64,000 nucleotides of DNA, taken from the NCBI GenBank assembly GCA_902788605.1, contig CADAKX010000004.1, positions 23,848 to 87,847 on the forward strand. Reading direction: 5' to 3'. The DNA comes from an uncultured Prevotellaceae bacterium (GTDB taxonomy: Bacteria; Bacteroidota; Bacteroidia; Bacteroidales; Bacteroidaceae). Positions 18,821 to 27,512 of the stretch are shown piece by piece. Under the pieces are notes generated by a model. It saw only the letters and a list, made by a program, of their open reading frames with translations, did no database searches and had not been told where the DNA came from. The position numbers were made by a program, and so were the translations under genes. Numbering within the stretch: position 1 is the first letter of the stretch; the number at the start of each line of letters is the position of its first letter.

Positions 18821-20971
18821 ATGAAAAGAGTCATAACTATCTTAATGTTATTGAGCCTAACAGCTATTGGTGTGTTTTCACAGAAAACGGTCTATATCCC
18901 CAATGAGTGGAAGAACCCTTGGCCCAGCGATTCACTTCTATACAAGGAAAGCGACCCTGACAACAATTATACTTGGTCGAAAAGCAGAAGCGTCGAGAGC
19001 GACAATGTCATTGTGTTCTGGGACAAGGGCTATGGCAGCAAGAAACCTTCGGAGTCGCCTTCTGCCTATAAGGTGGATGAGCAGGACCTGTTGCAGAAAT
19101 GTGAGTCTTTTTATGATTTGGAAATTAACCAGTTGGGCTTCGTAGATCCATTGAACTCGAACCTATCGAAATACAAGATCATGGTACTCCTCAATCACAC
19201 TACCGATTGGGTGTGCTATGGTGGCGGCTACGACTATCAGATTAGTGCCTTGTGGCTAGGACCGTCGGCTTGTAAGCCTGTGGGGCATTCTGTGGCTCAC
19301 GAGGTGGGGCACTCTTTTCAGTATATGTGCTTCTCAGAGCACGGTGGGCACAAGGACTCGCAGACCGACAATACCGGCTTCCATCTGCCCTGCGGTAATG
19401 GTCAGACCATTTGGGAACAGACGGCCCAATGGCAGGCTGCCCAGTCATATCCCAGCGAGATGTTCAGCCAGAGCATCGGCATCTTCCGTAAGAGTCATAA
19501 CCTGGCTTTCTCGCACGAATGGCATCGTTATCAGAGTTACTGGCTACACTACTATCTGAGTGCCCACTACAATGATATCACTACGGTGGCGCAGGTGTGG
19601 AACCAGCCCATGACGGGACAGACAAGTGGCAATGGCTCGGACTTCAACCAGGCGCTGATGAAGTTGAAAGGTCTCAATGCCAAGGATCTCTTTCGTCTTT
19701 ATTACGACTATGCCGCGCATTGCGTCACCTGGGACCTTGATGCTTGTCGCAGTTACGGTAAGTCGTTTGTTGGCGACTTCGACTATCGCTGTGTGGCCCT
19801 GGGCGATACAGCCTATCAGGTAGCCCTGTCGTCGGCACCAGAGTCTTCTGGTTTTAATGTCATCCCATTGGAGGTGCCTGCCGAGGGTACTGTCGTCACC
19901 ACCCGTTTTACTGCTCTTTCAGCCGGGGCAAAGTTGGGACAGGGCGACCCTGCTGAGATGATGAACGGTGATGCCCAGTGGACTAAGACCACACGCACCA
20001 CCTATATCCGCCCTTCCAATGCTGGCAAGCGCGGCTTCCGTCTGGGCTATGTGGTTCTGTTGAACGACGGCTCGCGCCAGTATATTCAAAAGGACACTGT
20101 CTATTGCGAGGGTAATGCCGAGAGCACTTGCAAGGTCAGCATGACAGTGCCTACGGATATTAAGCAGCTATGGCTCGTTGTGTTGCCGGCTCCCACTTCT
20201 TATGTGGCGCATAAGTGGGACGATAATGCTAACAATGATGGACAGTGGCCTTATCGCTTCCAGATTGAGGGTACCACGTTAGGGGCTCGTGCCCAGGTCT
20301 ATGTCGCTCCCGTTATTGATGGGCGCGAGGTGGCTGATATCACCTTTACCTATGATGTCAACCTGCCACAACTCAATAGCTACGACCCTGTAGCAGTCAA
20401 TGTATCTGGTCAGGCGCAGGCCATGTTGGGTACTGCTTTTCAGATGCAGCCCGCTGATATAGCCAGCCACCTGCAGGCCTGGGCAACAGGTGGACCAAGT
20501 GTTGGCAAGATGATGTTCTATCCCATGAATCCCAATACGCAGGCTTGGGTAAACCGTAAAAGTACAGCAAACGGCTATGGCCATTGGTTCAATGCCTCGG
20601 GTGTTGTGAATGAGTTTGCCAACGGTGTACTCTACAGTGAGTTTCAGCCCTCTTCTCTTTCTTTCAATATTGGTCAGAAGCCAGGTGCCGTCACCCAAGG
20701 CCAGAACTGCACCTTTGGTCAGATTCTGCGCTATAAGGCGTCTGACGGCAAGGAAGCCTTGGCTCGCTTCATCTTCCGTGTTCACATCACGAATACCGAC
20801 TATGGCTTCTCGCTTGTCTCTATCGACTACAATGCGCCTACTGCTATCAGGTTCTTGAATAATTCATCATGTACAAAGAACAAAGGTATTTACGACTTGC
20901 AAGGGCGTCTTTTAAATACTTCTACACGTGGCCTTACCATTGTTGATGGACACAAAGTGATAAAGAAGTAA
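18821..20971 (+). CDS. Secreted HExxH zinc-metallopeptidase-like protein with a T9SS C-terminal sorting domain (family not assigned)
   Basis: 716 aa with a signal peptide and the zincin motif HSVAHEVGHSFQ. The C-terminus GIYDLQGRLLNTSTRGLTIVDGHKVIKK matches the type A T9SS CTD pattern. Confidence 0.7.
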   Translation: MKRVITILMLLSLTAIGVFSQKTVYIPNEWKNPWPSDSLLYKESDPDNNYTWSKSRSVESDNVIVFWDKGYGSKKPSESPSAYKVDEQDLLQKCESFYDLEINQLGFVDPLNSNLSKYKIMVLLNHTTDWVCYGGGYDYQISALWLGPSACKPVGHSVAHEVGHSFQYMCFSEHGGHKDSQTDNTGFHLPCGNGQTIWEQTAQWQAAQSYPSEMFSQSIGIFRKSHNLAFSHEWHRYQSYWLHYYLSAHYNDITTVAQVWNQPMTGQTSGNGSDFNQALMKLKGLNAKDLFRLYYDYAAHCVTWDLDACRSYGKSFVGDFDYRCVALGDTAYQVALSSAPESSGFNVIPLEVPAEGTVVTTRFTALSAGAKLGQGDPAEMMNGDAQWTKTTRTTYIRPSNAGKRGFRLGYVVLLNDGSRQYIQKDTVYCEGNAESTCKVSMTVPTDIKQLWLVVLPAPTSYVAHKWDDNANNDGQWPYRFQIEGTTLGARAQVYVAPVIDGREVADITFTYDVNLPQLNSYDPVAVNVSGQAQAMLGTAFQMQPADIASHLQAWATGGPSVGKMMFYPMNPNTQAWVNRKSTANGYGHWFNASGVVNEFANGVLYSEFQPSSLSFNIGQKPGAVTQGQNCTFGQILRYKASDGKEALARFIFRVHITNTDYGFSLVSIDYNAPTAIRFLNNSSCTKNKGIYDLQGRLLNTSTRGLTIVDGHKVIKK

Positions 20972-21003
20972 AGGCTTTGTCTTGATGGAAATGTGTGTTG
21001 CAG

Positions 21004-21048
21004 ACTTTGAAATGTGCATCCCAAACTTTGGGATGCACATTTCAAAGT
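21004..21048. repeat. 45-nt perfect palindrome (22-bp arms, single central base) between convergent genes; probable bidirectional terminator hairpin
   Basis: actttgaaatgtgcatcccaaa (21004-21025), c, then tttgggatgcacatttcaaagt (21027-21048). Arm complementarity was checked base by base. Confidence 0.85.
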
Positions 21049-21115
21049 TTGGGATAGAAAATTTAGAGTACTTCGGATGGAAATACTCAACCAATCTCAT
21101 AATGGAAAAAGGGAA

Positions 21116-21718
21116 TCACAACTGTCCGGCTTCTACCATCAATACCACGCGCTCTGTCAGTCGGTCGGTGCCTTCGGGCTCATAGCCTTTCTTCAGAGAA
21201 GCGCCAAACATCCAGGCGAAGGCCTGCCACATGCCCGAACGGATGGGACCGATGAAGGCCTGCATGGCCTCGTAGGCGGTGGAATGGCATTCGCGGTCTA
21301 CGAGTTTGATGAGTAGCTTACCCTGTGAGAAGGTCAGTTTCTTCATCTGTGGCTTATACTCCTTGACAATGGACTGCTCCACCTTCTTCAGGTGGGCATC
21401 GCGCTCGCTGGGGGGCAGTGTCTCTGTAAACTCCGCTGTCTCGATGATAATCTGTCGCACCTGCTTAGCAATAGGCAGCACCTTCTTCACGTTTTTCACC
21501 AGTCGGGTGTAGGCCTGCTGCTGTCGCTTGCTCTTGAATGTCAGTTCTGGATACACATAGACGTTTGACATCTCCATATACTGAATGGAGTCACCATCCA
21601 CCAATGTCTTACCCACTTTCACTGTAGGAACAAACGTGGGGTCGCCAAGATCTTCCTGGGCAACAGCCGATAGTGTGGTCAGCGTGAGTGTAAACAGAAT
21701 AAGTAACGTTCGTTTCAT
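21116..21718 (-). CDS. Secreted protein of unknown function (DUF4294-like, from memory)
   Basis: 200 aa with a signal peptide (TLSAVAQ). No catalytic motif recognised. Confidence 0.5.
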   Translation of the reverse strand: MKRTLLILFTLTLTTLSAVAQEDLGDPTFVPTVKVGKTLVDGDSIQYMEMSNVYVYPELTFKSKRQQQAYTRLVKNVKKVLPIAKQVRQIIIETAEFTETLPPSERDAHLKKVEQSIVKEYKPQMKKLTFSQGKLLIKLVDRECHSTAYEAMQAFIGPIRSGMWQAFAWMFGASLKKGYEPEGTDRLTERVVLMVEAGQL

Positions 21719-21755
21719 GAGCAGGTGCGAAGACGGTCAAGAATTCGTCAATGAT

Positions 21756-22637
21756 TTATTTTGTTTGAATAACCAGATAGTTAGAGACGCCCCAGAAGGC
21801 TTCATGATCAAGGATATAGAGGACGGAGGTGTTCTTGTCCTTTTTCTCAATCTTGTAGGATGACGCTGGCATCTGGGTGATAATCTTGGGTTTGGCAGAG
21901 TTGATGGTCAACTCGGTGACCTTGCGGATATCGACCTTGGTAAACATGCTTTTTTGGATGGCTTCGGTATCCAGCTTTTTCTTTTTGAGGAAACCGCCGC
22001 TGAGCAGACCCAGGTCAGAGAGTTCTTTCTTGGTGCCAATCTTCACGTAGGCCTCGTTGAGCAACTTATCCTGCTTGTTGAGGACATCAGCTTGACGGTC
22101 TACCTTAATATTGAGTTGTGTGTTGGCATCGGTGAGCAGTGACACACGCTGTCGCAACTGGTTGATGTCGATGTCCTTACTCTCAAGGTCGGCACGCAGA
22201 GACTGGATTTGAAAGTCCTTCTCCTCTAACTGTTGGTTGAGATAGCTGACCAGGGTGTAGAGTTTGCTGATGCTGTCGCCGCGAGACTTCAGCGAGGCAG
22301 AGAGCTGGGCAATGCGAATCTTCTGATTGGCCAGCATGGTGCCGAAGGTGTCGAGATTCTTCTTCAACTGGTTCCTATCGACAATCGTCCCCTCTGGGCC
22401 TTTGTTCGAGTAGAAAAGCATCTGCTCTTGCTTGGCGATAGAGTCGAGTCCATCAGCCAAAACACCTACATACGACATCATGTCCTGGATGTCACCGTCT
22501 TTCTTGGCATTCTCTTGTTTCATAGAATCCAATTGCTGGGTCAGCAGGTCCACCTGTTGCTGATTACTGTCTGAACAGCCCACAAAGCACAAAGCTGCCG
22601 TTGCCAACACTGCTGCAAATAAATTGTTTTTCCTCAT
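21756..22637 (-). CDS. Coiled-coil lipoprotein of unknown function
   Basis: 293 aa with lipobox CFVGCSDS. The first two thirds are a heptad-rich, Q/L/K-rich region. Confidence 0.5.
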   Translation of the reverse strand: MRKNNLFAAVLATAALCFVGCSDSNQQQVDLLTQQLDSMKQENAKKDGDIQDMMSYVGVLADGLDSIAKQEQMLFYSNKGPEGTIVDRNQLKKNLDTFGTMLANQKIRIAQLSASLKSRGDSISKLYTLVSYLNQQLEEKDFQIQSLRADLESKDIDINQLRQRVSLLTDANTQLNIKVDRQADVLNKQDKLLNEAYVKIGTKKELSDLGLLSGGFLKKKKLDTEAIQKSMFTKVDIRKVTELTINSAKPKIITQMPASSYKIEKKDKNTSVLYILDHEAFWGVSNYLVIQTK

Positions 22638-22661
22638 ATCATTAGGTCTTTAGATTGTTTT

Positions 22662-24038
22662 TTATCTGTTCTTATCCTTTTGTATCAAGGCCAGCAGATG
22701 GTCTACAGCCTCTTCCTCAGGGATATTCTTCTCAACGCACTCCTTGGCACGATACAGACTGATTTTACCACGACCTGCACCCACATAGCCATAATCAGCA
22801 TCGGCCATCTCGCCAGGACCGTTGACAATGCATCCCATGATGCCAATCTTCAAACCAACAAGGTCCTTGGTAGCAGCCTTGATCTTAGCGATGGTCTCCT
22901 GGAGGTTGTAGAGGGTGCGACCACAACCGGGACATGAGATGTACTCAGTCTTAGTGAACTTAATGCGGGCAGCCTGAAGGATGCTATCGGCAAGGTCGTT
23001 AAGAGTCTTAGAGTCCTTAAGGCCTTGATGGTTCTTAAGTACGAGGTTTGTTGCTTTTCTGTCGATGAGCAGGGCACCCACAGCCATTGAGGCCTTGAGT
23101 TGGAATGTCTCCCAGTCGGGGGCGTCAAGGGTCAGCGTGATGGTGTCATCCTTGATGCTGGTCTCGGCCTCCTGACGCAGGCGGGAACATTCGGGAATGA
23201 GTTCCACCAGTTTGCGAGCTACGGGAATCTCGCATTCAGGTTCCTCAGAGAGTGACACGCGGATGGTGTCGCCAATGCCTTCTGTCAACAAGGCACCGAT
23301 ACCTACGGCACTCTTGATGCGTCCATCCTCACCTTCACCAGCCTCAGTAACACCTAAATGCAAGGGGTAGTGCATATCCTCAGCATCCATCGTCTTCACC
23401 AATAGGCGCACTGTGGTCACCATGACTACCGTATTTGAGGCCTTGATAGAGATAACCACATCGTTGAATTGCTCGCGACGGAAAATGCGCAGGAACTCCA
23501 TACAACTCTCCACGATGCCCTCGGGAGTGTCGCCATAGCGGCTCATGATGCGATCGGAAAGTGAGCCGTGGTTCACGCCAATGCGCACGGCAGTATGATG
23601 CTCCTTACATATATTAATGAAAGGTACGAGCTTCTTCTCGATTTTCTCGAGTTCTGCGGTATACTCTTCATCGGTATATTCCAAATGCTTAAAGGTGCGA
23701 CCTGGGTCAACATAGTTACCTGGGTTGATACGCACCTTCTCACAGTATTGTGCTGCCACATCTGCCGTATGGGCAGTGAAATGGACATCTGCCACCAGAG
23801 GTGTCGTGTAGCCATCTGCCTTCAGTCGGGCCGAGATATTCTTCATGTTCTCTGCCTCGCGAATGCCTTGGGTGGTGAAACGAACGAGTTCACCTCCAGC
23901 ATCAATGATGCGTTTGGCTTGAGCCACAGAGCCCTCCGTATCGTTGGTGTCGGTGGTAGCCATCGACTGGATGCGGATGGGGTTGTCGCCACCAATGGCG
24001 ATATTGCCTACGTGGGCAATTGTTGTCTGTCTTCTCAT
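22662..24038 (-). CDS. ispG: 4-hydroxy-3-methylbut-2-en-1-yl diphosphate synthase (flavodoxin)
   Basis: 458 aa. N-terminal GGDNPIRIQSMATTDT TIM-barrel motif and C-terminal CPGCGRT...MGCIVNGPGE 4Fe-4S domain, with an inserted segment between them. Confidence 0.9.
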   Translation of the reverse strand: MRRQTTIAHVGNIAIGGDNPIRIQSMATTDTNDTEGSVAQAKRIIDAGGELVRFTTQGIREAENMKNISARLKADGYTTPLVADVHFTAHTADVAAQYCEKVRINPGNYVDPGRTFKHLEYTDEEYTAELEKIEKKLVPFINICKEHHTAVRIGVNHGSLSDRIMSRYGDTPEGIVESCMEFLRIFRREQFNDVVISIKASNTVVMVTTVRLLVKTMDAEDMHYPLHLGVTEAGEGEDGRIKSAVGIGALLTEGIGDTIRVSLSEEPECEIPVARKLVELIPECSRLRQEAETSIKDDTITLTLDAPDWETFQLKASMAVGALLIDRKATNLVLKNHQGLKDSKTLNDLADSILQAARIKFTKTEYISCPGCGRTLYNLQETIAKIKAATKDLVGLKIGIMGCIVNGPGEMADADYGYVGAGRGKISLYRAKECVEKNIPEEEAVDHLLALIQKDKNR

Positions 24039-24078
24039 AGGACTTATGGGTCTAATGGGACTTATCGGAATTATGGGC

Positions 24079-24594
24079 TTAGTTGGTTTTGAAGTTATAC
24101 TTAACTTCTGCCAAGTCCTTGTTAGCCTTCTCGATCTTCGATTTTAAGCCACTCTTGTAGTCGCTCAGACGCTGTGCCAGGGCTTCATCGCTCAAAGCGA
24201 GCATCTCGACAGCGAGGATAGCAGCATTCTGGGCACCATTGATGCCCACAGTGGCCACAGGAATACCTGGGGGCATCTGGATGATGGAGAGCATGGCGTC
24301 GAGACCGTCGAGCATGCCTTTGATGGGAACACCAATAACGGGTAGGGTGGTTGAGGCGGCAATGACGCCAGGCAGGGCAGCTGCCATACCAGCACCAGCG
24401 ATGATGACCTTCAGACCACGGTCCTTGGCAGTGCGTGCAAATTCCTCCACAGCATCGGGAGTACGATGGGCCGAAAGGGCGTTGACTTCAAACGGTACCT
24501 GCATCTCGTCGAGCAACTTGCAGGCTTTCTCCATAACGGGCAGGTCACTGGTGCTGCCCATGATAATGCTAACAATAGGTTTCATATCTTTCAT
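24079..24594 (-). CDS. purE: 5-(carboxyamino)imidazole ribonucleotide mutase
   Basis: 171 aa with IIMGSTSDLPVM and GAGMAAALPGV motifs. Confidence 0.9.
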   Translation of the reverse strand: MKDMKPIVSIIMGSTSDLPVMEKACKLLDEMQVPFEVNALSAHRTPDAVEEFARTAKDRGLKVIIAGAGMAAALPGVIAASTTLPVIGVPIKGMLDGLDAMLSIIQMPPGIPVATVGINGAQNAAILAVEMLALSDEALAQRLSDYKSGLKSKIEKANKDLAEVKYNFKTN

Positions 24595-24611
24595 TTATCA
24601 ATTATCCATTC

Positions 24612-25232
24612 TCAATAGAATATTATTCCCAGGGTGGCACAAATAAAACCGATACCAAAGCCAGCCACCACCTGTCCTAGGGTGTGCTGACGCAGATACA
24701 TGCGTGCGGAACCAAGAATGCCTGCCACAATAAAGACCAGGCAGAACCACCACACGGGATTAAAGCCGAAGATATCGGCAAAGACGAATAGGGCACCGGC
24801 TACACCACCGATGGCTGCAGTATGGGTGGAGATCTTCCACCAGATATTGATGATTGCACACATAATTTGAACCACCAATGCGCCGAAAACGATGCTTGAC
24901 ACAAAGTGATAGATGTGCAGTGTGTAGAGTACCCACAGACAGAGGGCATAGCAAAGGATACTGAGCACGTAGGGTACCATGCGTCGACGTTTCTGACCTA
25001 GTTCTAAAAGTGACCATCCTTGCAGACGTCGGTAGATATGAATGAGAAATGTGGGCAGAAGGATGGTGAAAAAATAGACCATGGCCATGACCAGCAGGCG
25101 ATAGCCAATGGGTAGCAAACTCAGATAGCTGAGTGTAAACAGCGCAATCAGACCCATCAGGGGCAGATAGAACGGCGTAAATATCAGACTAACCGTACGC
25201 GCTGCGTAAATAAATCCTTTTTCTCTTGTCAT
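24612..25232 (-). CDS. PAP2-superfamily membrane phosphatase-like protein
   Basis: 206 aa with about 6 TM helices and degenerate PAP2 motifs (KISTHTAA, SARMYLRQHTLGQV). Confidence 0.55.
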   Translation of the reverse strand: MTREKGFIYAARTVSLIFTPFYLPLMGLIALFTLSYLSLLPIGYRLLVMAMVYFFTILLPTFLIHIYRRLQGWSLLELGQKRRRMVPYVLSILCYALCLWVLYTLHIYHFVSSIVFGALVVQIMCAIINIWWKISTHTAAIGGVAGALFVFADIFGFNPVWWFCLVFIVAGILGSARMYLRQHTLGQVVAGFGIGFICATLGIIFY

Positions 25233-25239
25233 CTTCTTA

Positions 25240-26733
25240 TCACTTTCTCAGTCTTGCAATGGGTATTCCCAGTTGCTCACGATATTTGGCTACTGTACGG
25301 CGGGCAATAGGATAGCCTTTCTGTTTAAGGGCATCACACAATGCCTCGTCGTTCATGGGCTTGCGCTTGTCTTCTGCCTCTACAATCTCGCGCAGGGCTG
25401 CTTTAATCTCACGAGTAGACAGTTCCTCGCCACTCTCGGTGACATAGCCATCGCTGAAGAAATATTTCAGGGGAAATGTGCCCCAACGGGTTTGTACGTA
25501 TTTGGAATTTGACACACGTGAGATGGTACTCAAATCCAAGCCTGTCTTCTCGGCCACGTCTTTTAGAATCATGGGGCGTAACAGAGACTCATCGCCCTCC
25601 TCGAAGAAACGGTGCTGCAGACGGATGATAGCTTTCATGGTGAGTGTCAGTGTACGACGACGCATCTTAACGGCATCGATAAAGCTTTGGGCAGCCTCCA
25701 CCTTTTGCTTAGTGTAGAGCAGGGCTTCCTTCATCTGCCGGCTGAGGCCTTCTTTGTTGTTCTGATAGTCCTTGAGCAAGTCGGCAAAAGACTGTGATAC
25801 CTGTAGTTGGGGTACGTCTCCTGTATTCAAAGAGAAAGAGAGGGTACCATCATCCATGGTGTCTACAATGAAATCTGGGGTGATCTGCTGCATGGAGTGT
25901 CCAATAGTTTCGCCCATGGCAGCTCCAGGCTTGGGGTTCAGTCGGCGTAACTCGCGCAGGAGTTCGTCAGTCTGAAGGTCACTCAGTGAAAGGGCTCGCT
26001 GTATCTTGTCCCAATGTTTCTTGGTGAAAGCATCGAAATAGTCTGTAATGACGCGGCGCATCAGGTCAGTAAGGTGCGATGTTGTTTTGCGTTCAATCTG
26101 CAACAATAGACATTCCTGCAAAGAACGGCCACCAATGCCTGGGGGGTCGAGTTGCTGGAGACGGTGGAGCACATGCTCTATCTCAGTTGTACTGATATCG
26201 ATGCTGTGATAGATGGCTAATTCCTCTGTAATGTTTTCAAGTGGGGTGCGGAGCAATCCGTCATCATCGAGCGAACGGATGAGATATTCCATCACATAGC
26301 GATCGCGGTCAGTGAGTTCCATCTCACCGACCTGTTCCAGCAGCTGGTCGTAGAAAGACTGGGTGTCACCCACCACCATGTCCTCGCGTTCCTCAGCGGT
26401 AGATATGCCACCATGATAGACGGGGAGCTCTTCATCGTCGCGCCCAATATTTTCAAGTGCGGCATCAAGGGCATCGCTACGCTCCTCGCGTTCACGTTGC
26501 GTGTCGAAGTCATCGGAATTATCAGTGGTTTCCGTCGGTTCAGAGAACTCTGGAAGATCAGAATCCTCTGAGCTCGTTTCTAGTGCGGGGTTATCATGCA
26601 TCTCGGTCTCGATACGCTCCATCAGCTGCTGAATGGGCAATTCCACTAGCTGAGACTGCAACAGCTGCTGCTGCGAGATGCTTTGCTGCAGCTTCTGCTC
26701 AAGCTTCTGTTCTTGTATCTGACCTTGGGGCAT
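25240..26733 (-). CDS. rpoN: RNA polymerase sigma-54 factor
   Basis: 497 aa with a Gln/Leu-rich N-terminus, an acidic region, and the C-terminal RpoN box ARRTVAKYRE. Confidence 0.95.
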   Translation of the reverse strand: MPQGQIQEQKLEQKLQQSISQQQLLQSQLVELPIQQLMERIETEMHDNPALETSSEDSDLPEFSEPTETTDNSDDFDTQREREERSDALDAALENIGRDDEELPVYHGGISTAEEREDMVVGDTQSFYDQLLEQVGEMELTDRDRYVMEYLIRSLDDDGLLRTPLENITEELAIYHSIDISTTEIEHVLHRLQQLDPPGIGGRSLQECLLLQIERKTTSHLTDLMRRVITDYFDAFTKKHWDKIQRALSLSDLQTDELLRELRRLNPKPGAAMGETIGHSMQQITPDFIVDTMDDGTLSFSLNTGDVPQLQVSQSFADLLKDYQNNKEGLSRQMKEALLYTKQKVEAAQSFIDAVKMRRRTLTLTMKAIIRLQHRFFEEGDESLLRPMILKDVAEKTGLDLSTISRVSNSKYVQTRWGTFPLKYFFSDGYVTESGEELSTREIKAALREIVEAEDKRKPMNDEALCDALKQKGYPIARRTVAKYREQLGIPIARLRK

Positions 26734-26759
26734 AGTGTTTCTTGTAAATCGTTATGTCG

Positions 26760-27410
26760 TTATGATGCAAAATATGCCTTTAATTCCTCGGCATGGGCAG
26801 CCAACTGTTCTGTGGCGATATTGCCATAACGATGCCAAACCTGCTGACATGGCAATAATAGGTCTGAAATAATCAATTCATCACGATTGAGATAGGGGTC
26901 ACAGTTCTGGAAGATATCGAGCACTAAAACGATATCAGATGGCTTTACCTTTATTAACCGAGCCAATTCCTGAACCTCAGGCGTTTCGGCCACCATCGTA
27001 ATTGTAGTGAGGCGGAAATAGAGATCGAGGATAAGGACAAGCATCACGGGTTTGAACTGGGGGGCCTCTGCTAATGGCCGGAAATCTTTCTCGAAAGTCT
27101 CCTGTACCTCTACGCCTTGATAGAAGTTGTCGGCAGCACCAAAACCCTTCATCTCGCGTAGTAGGCGTACAGCTCTAGCTAAACGGCGAGGATTCTGACT
27201 GTAGGTCTGCCAGATGCGCTCGATGCGAGGCGTCTCAAGACGAGCTATCTGTTGCATCTTGGAATGCAACACCTGAGGAGCAATATGTAGCTCCAGACTT
27301 AAGTCAACCATCGCACGACTATAAAGTGGCTTCATGCCCACAGGCTTCTGCAGGTATATCTGCATCAGCAATAGCCAATAGTCATCGTGCCAAACTGTGT
27401 TCTTTGCCAT
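26760..27410 (-). CDS. Conserved hypothetical cytoplasmic protein, co-directional with and 26 nt upstream of rpoN
   Basis: 216 aa with no signal peptide, no TM segment and no motif I recognise. Confidence 0.5.
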   Translation of the reverse strand: MAKNTVWHDDYWLLLMQIYLQKPVGMKPLYSRAMVDLSLELHIAPQVLHSKMQQIARLETPRIERIWQTYSQNPRRLARAVRLLREMKGFGAADNFYQGVEVQETFEKDFRPLAEAPQFKPVMLVLILDLYFRLTTITMVAETPEVQELARLIKVKPSDIVLVLDIFQNCDPYLNRDELIISDLLLPCQQVWHRYGNIATEQLAAHAEELKAYFAS

Positions 27411-27512
27411 ATTCTCATGAATTATGCCGCAAAATTACAAAAAAATCCGAAATCATACATCACCATTTCAATCTTTTTTGTATCTTTGTGGCCACTTAGT
27501 TGACTGAAAGAC

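Noticed and set aside
20890-21316. Cluster of 62-100-aa ORFs on both strands with repetitive peptides (e.g. FEMCIPNFGMHISKFG)
   Set aside because: They are artefacts of translating the 45-nt palindrome and its flanks. The mirror-image peptides on both strands simply reflect the DNA symmetry.
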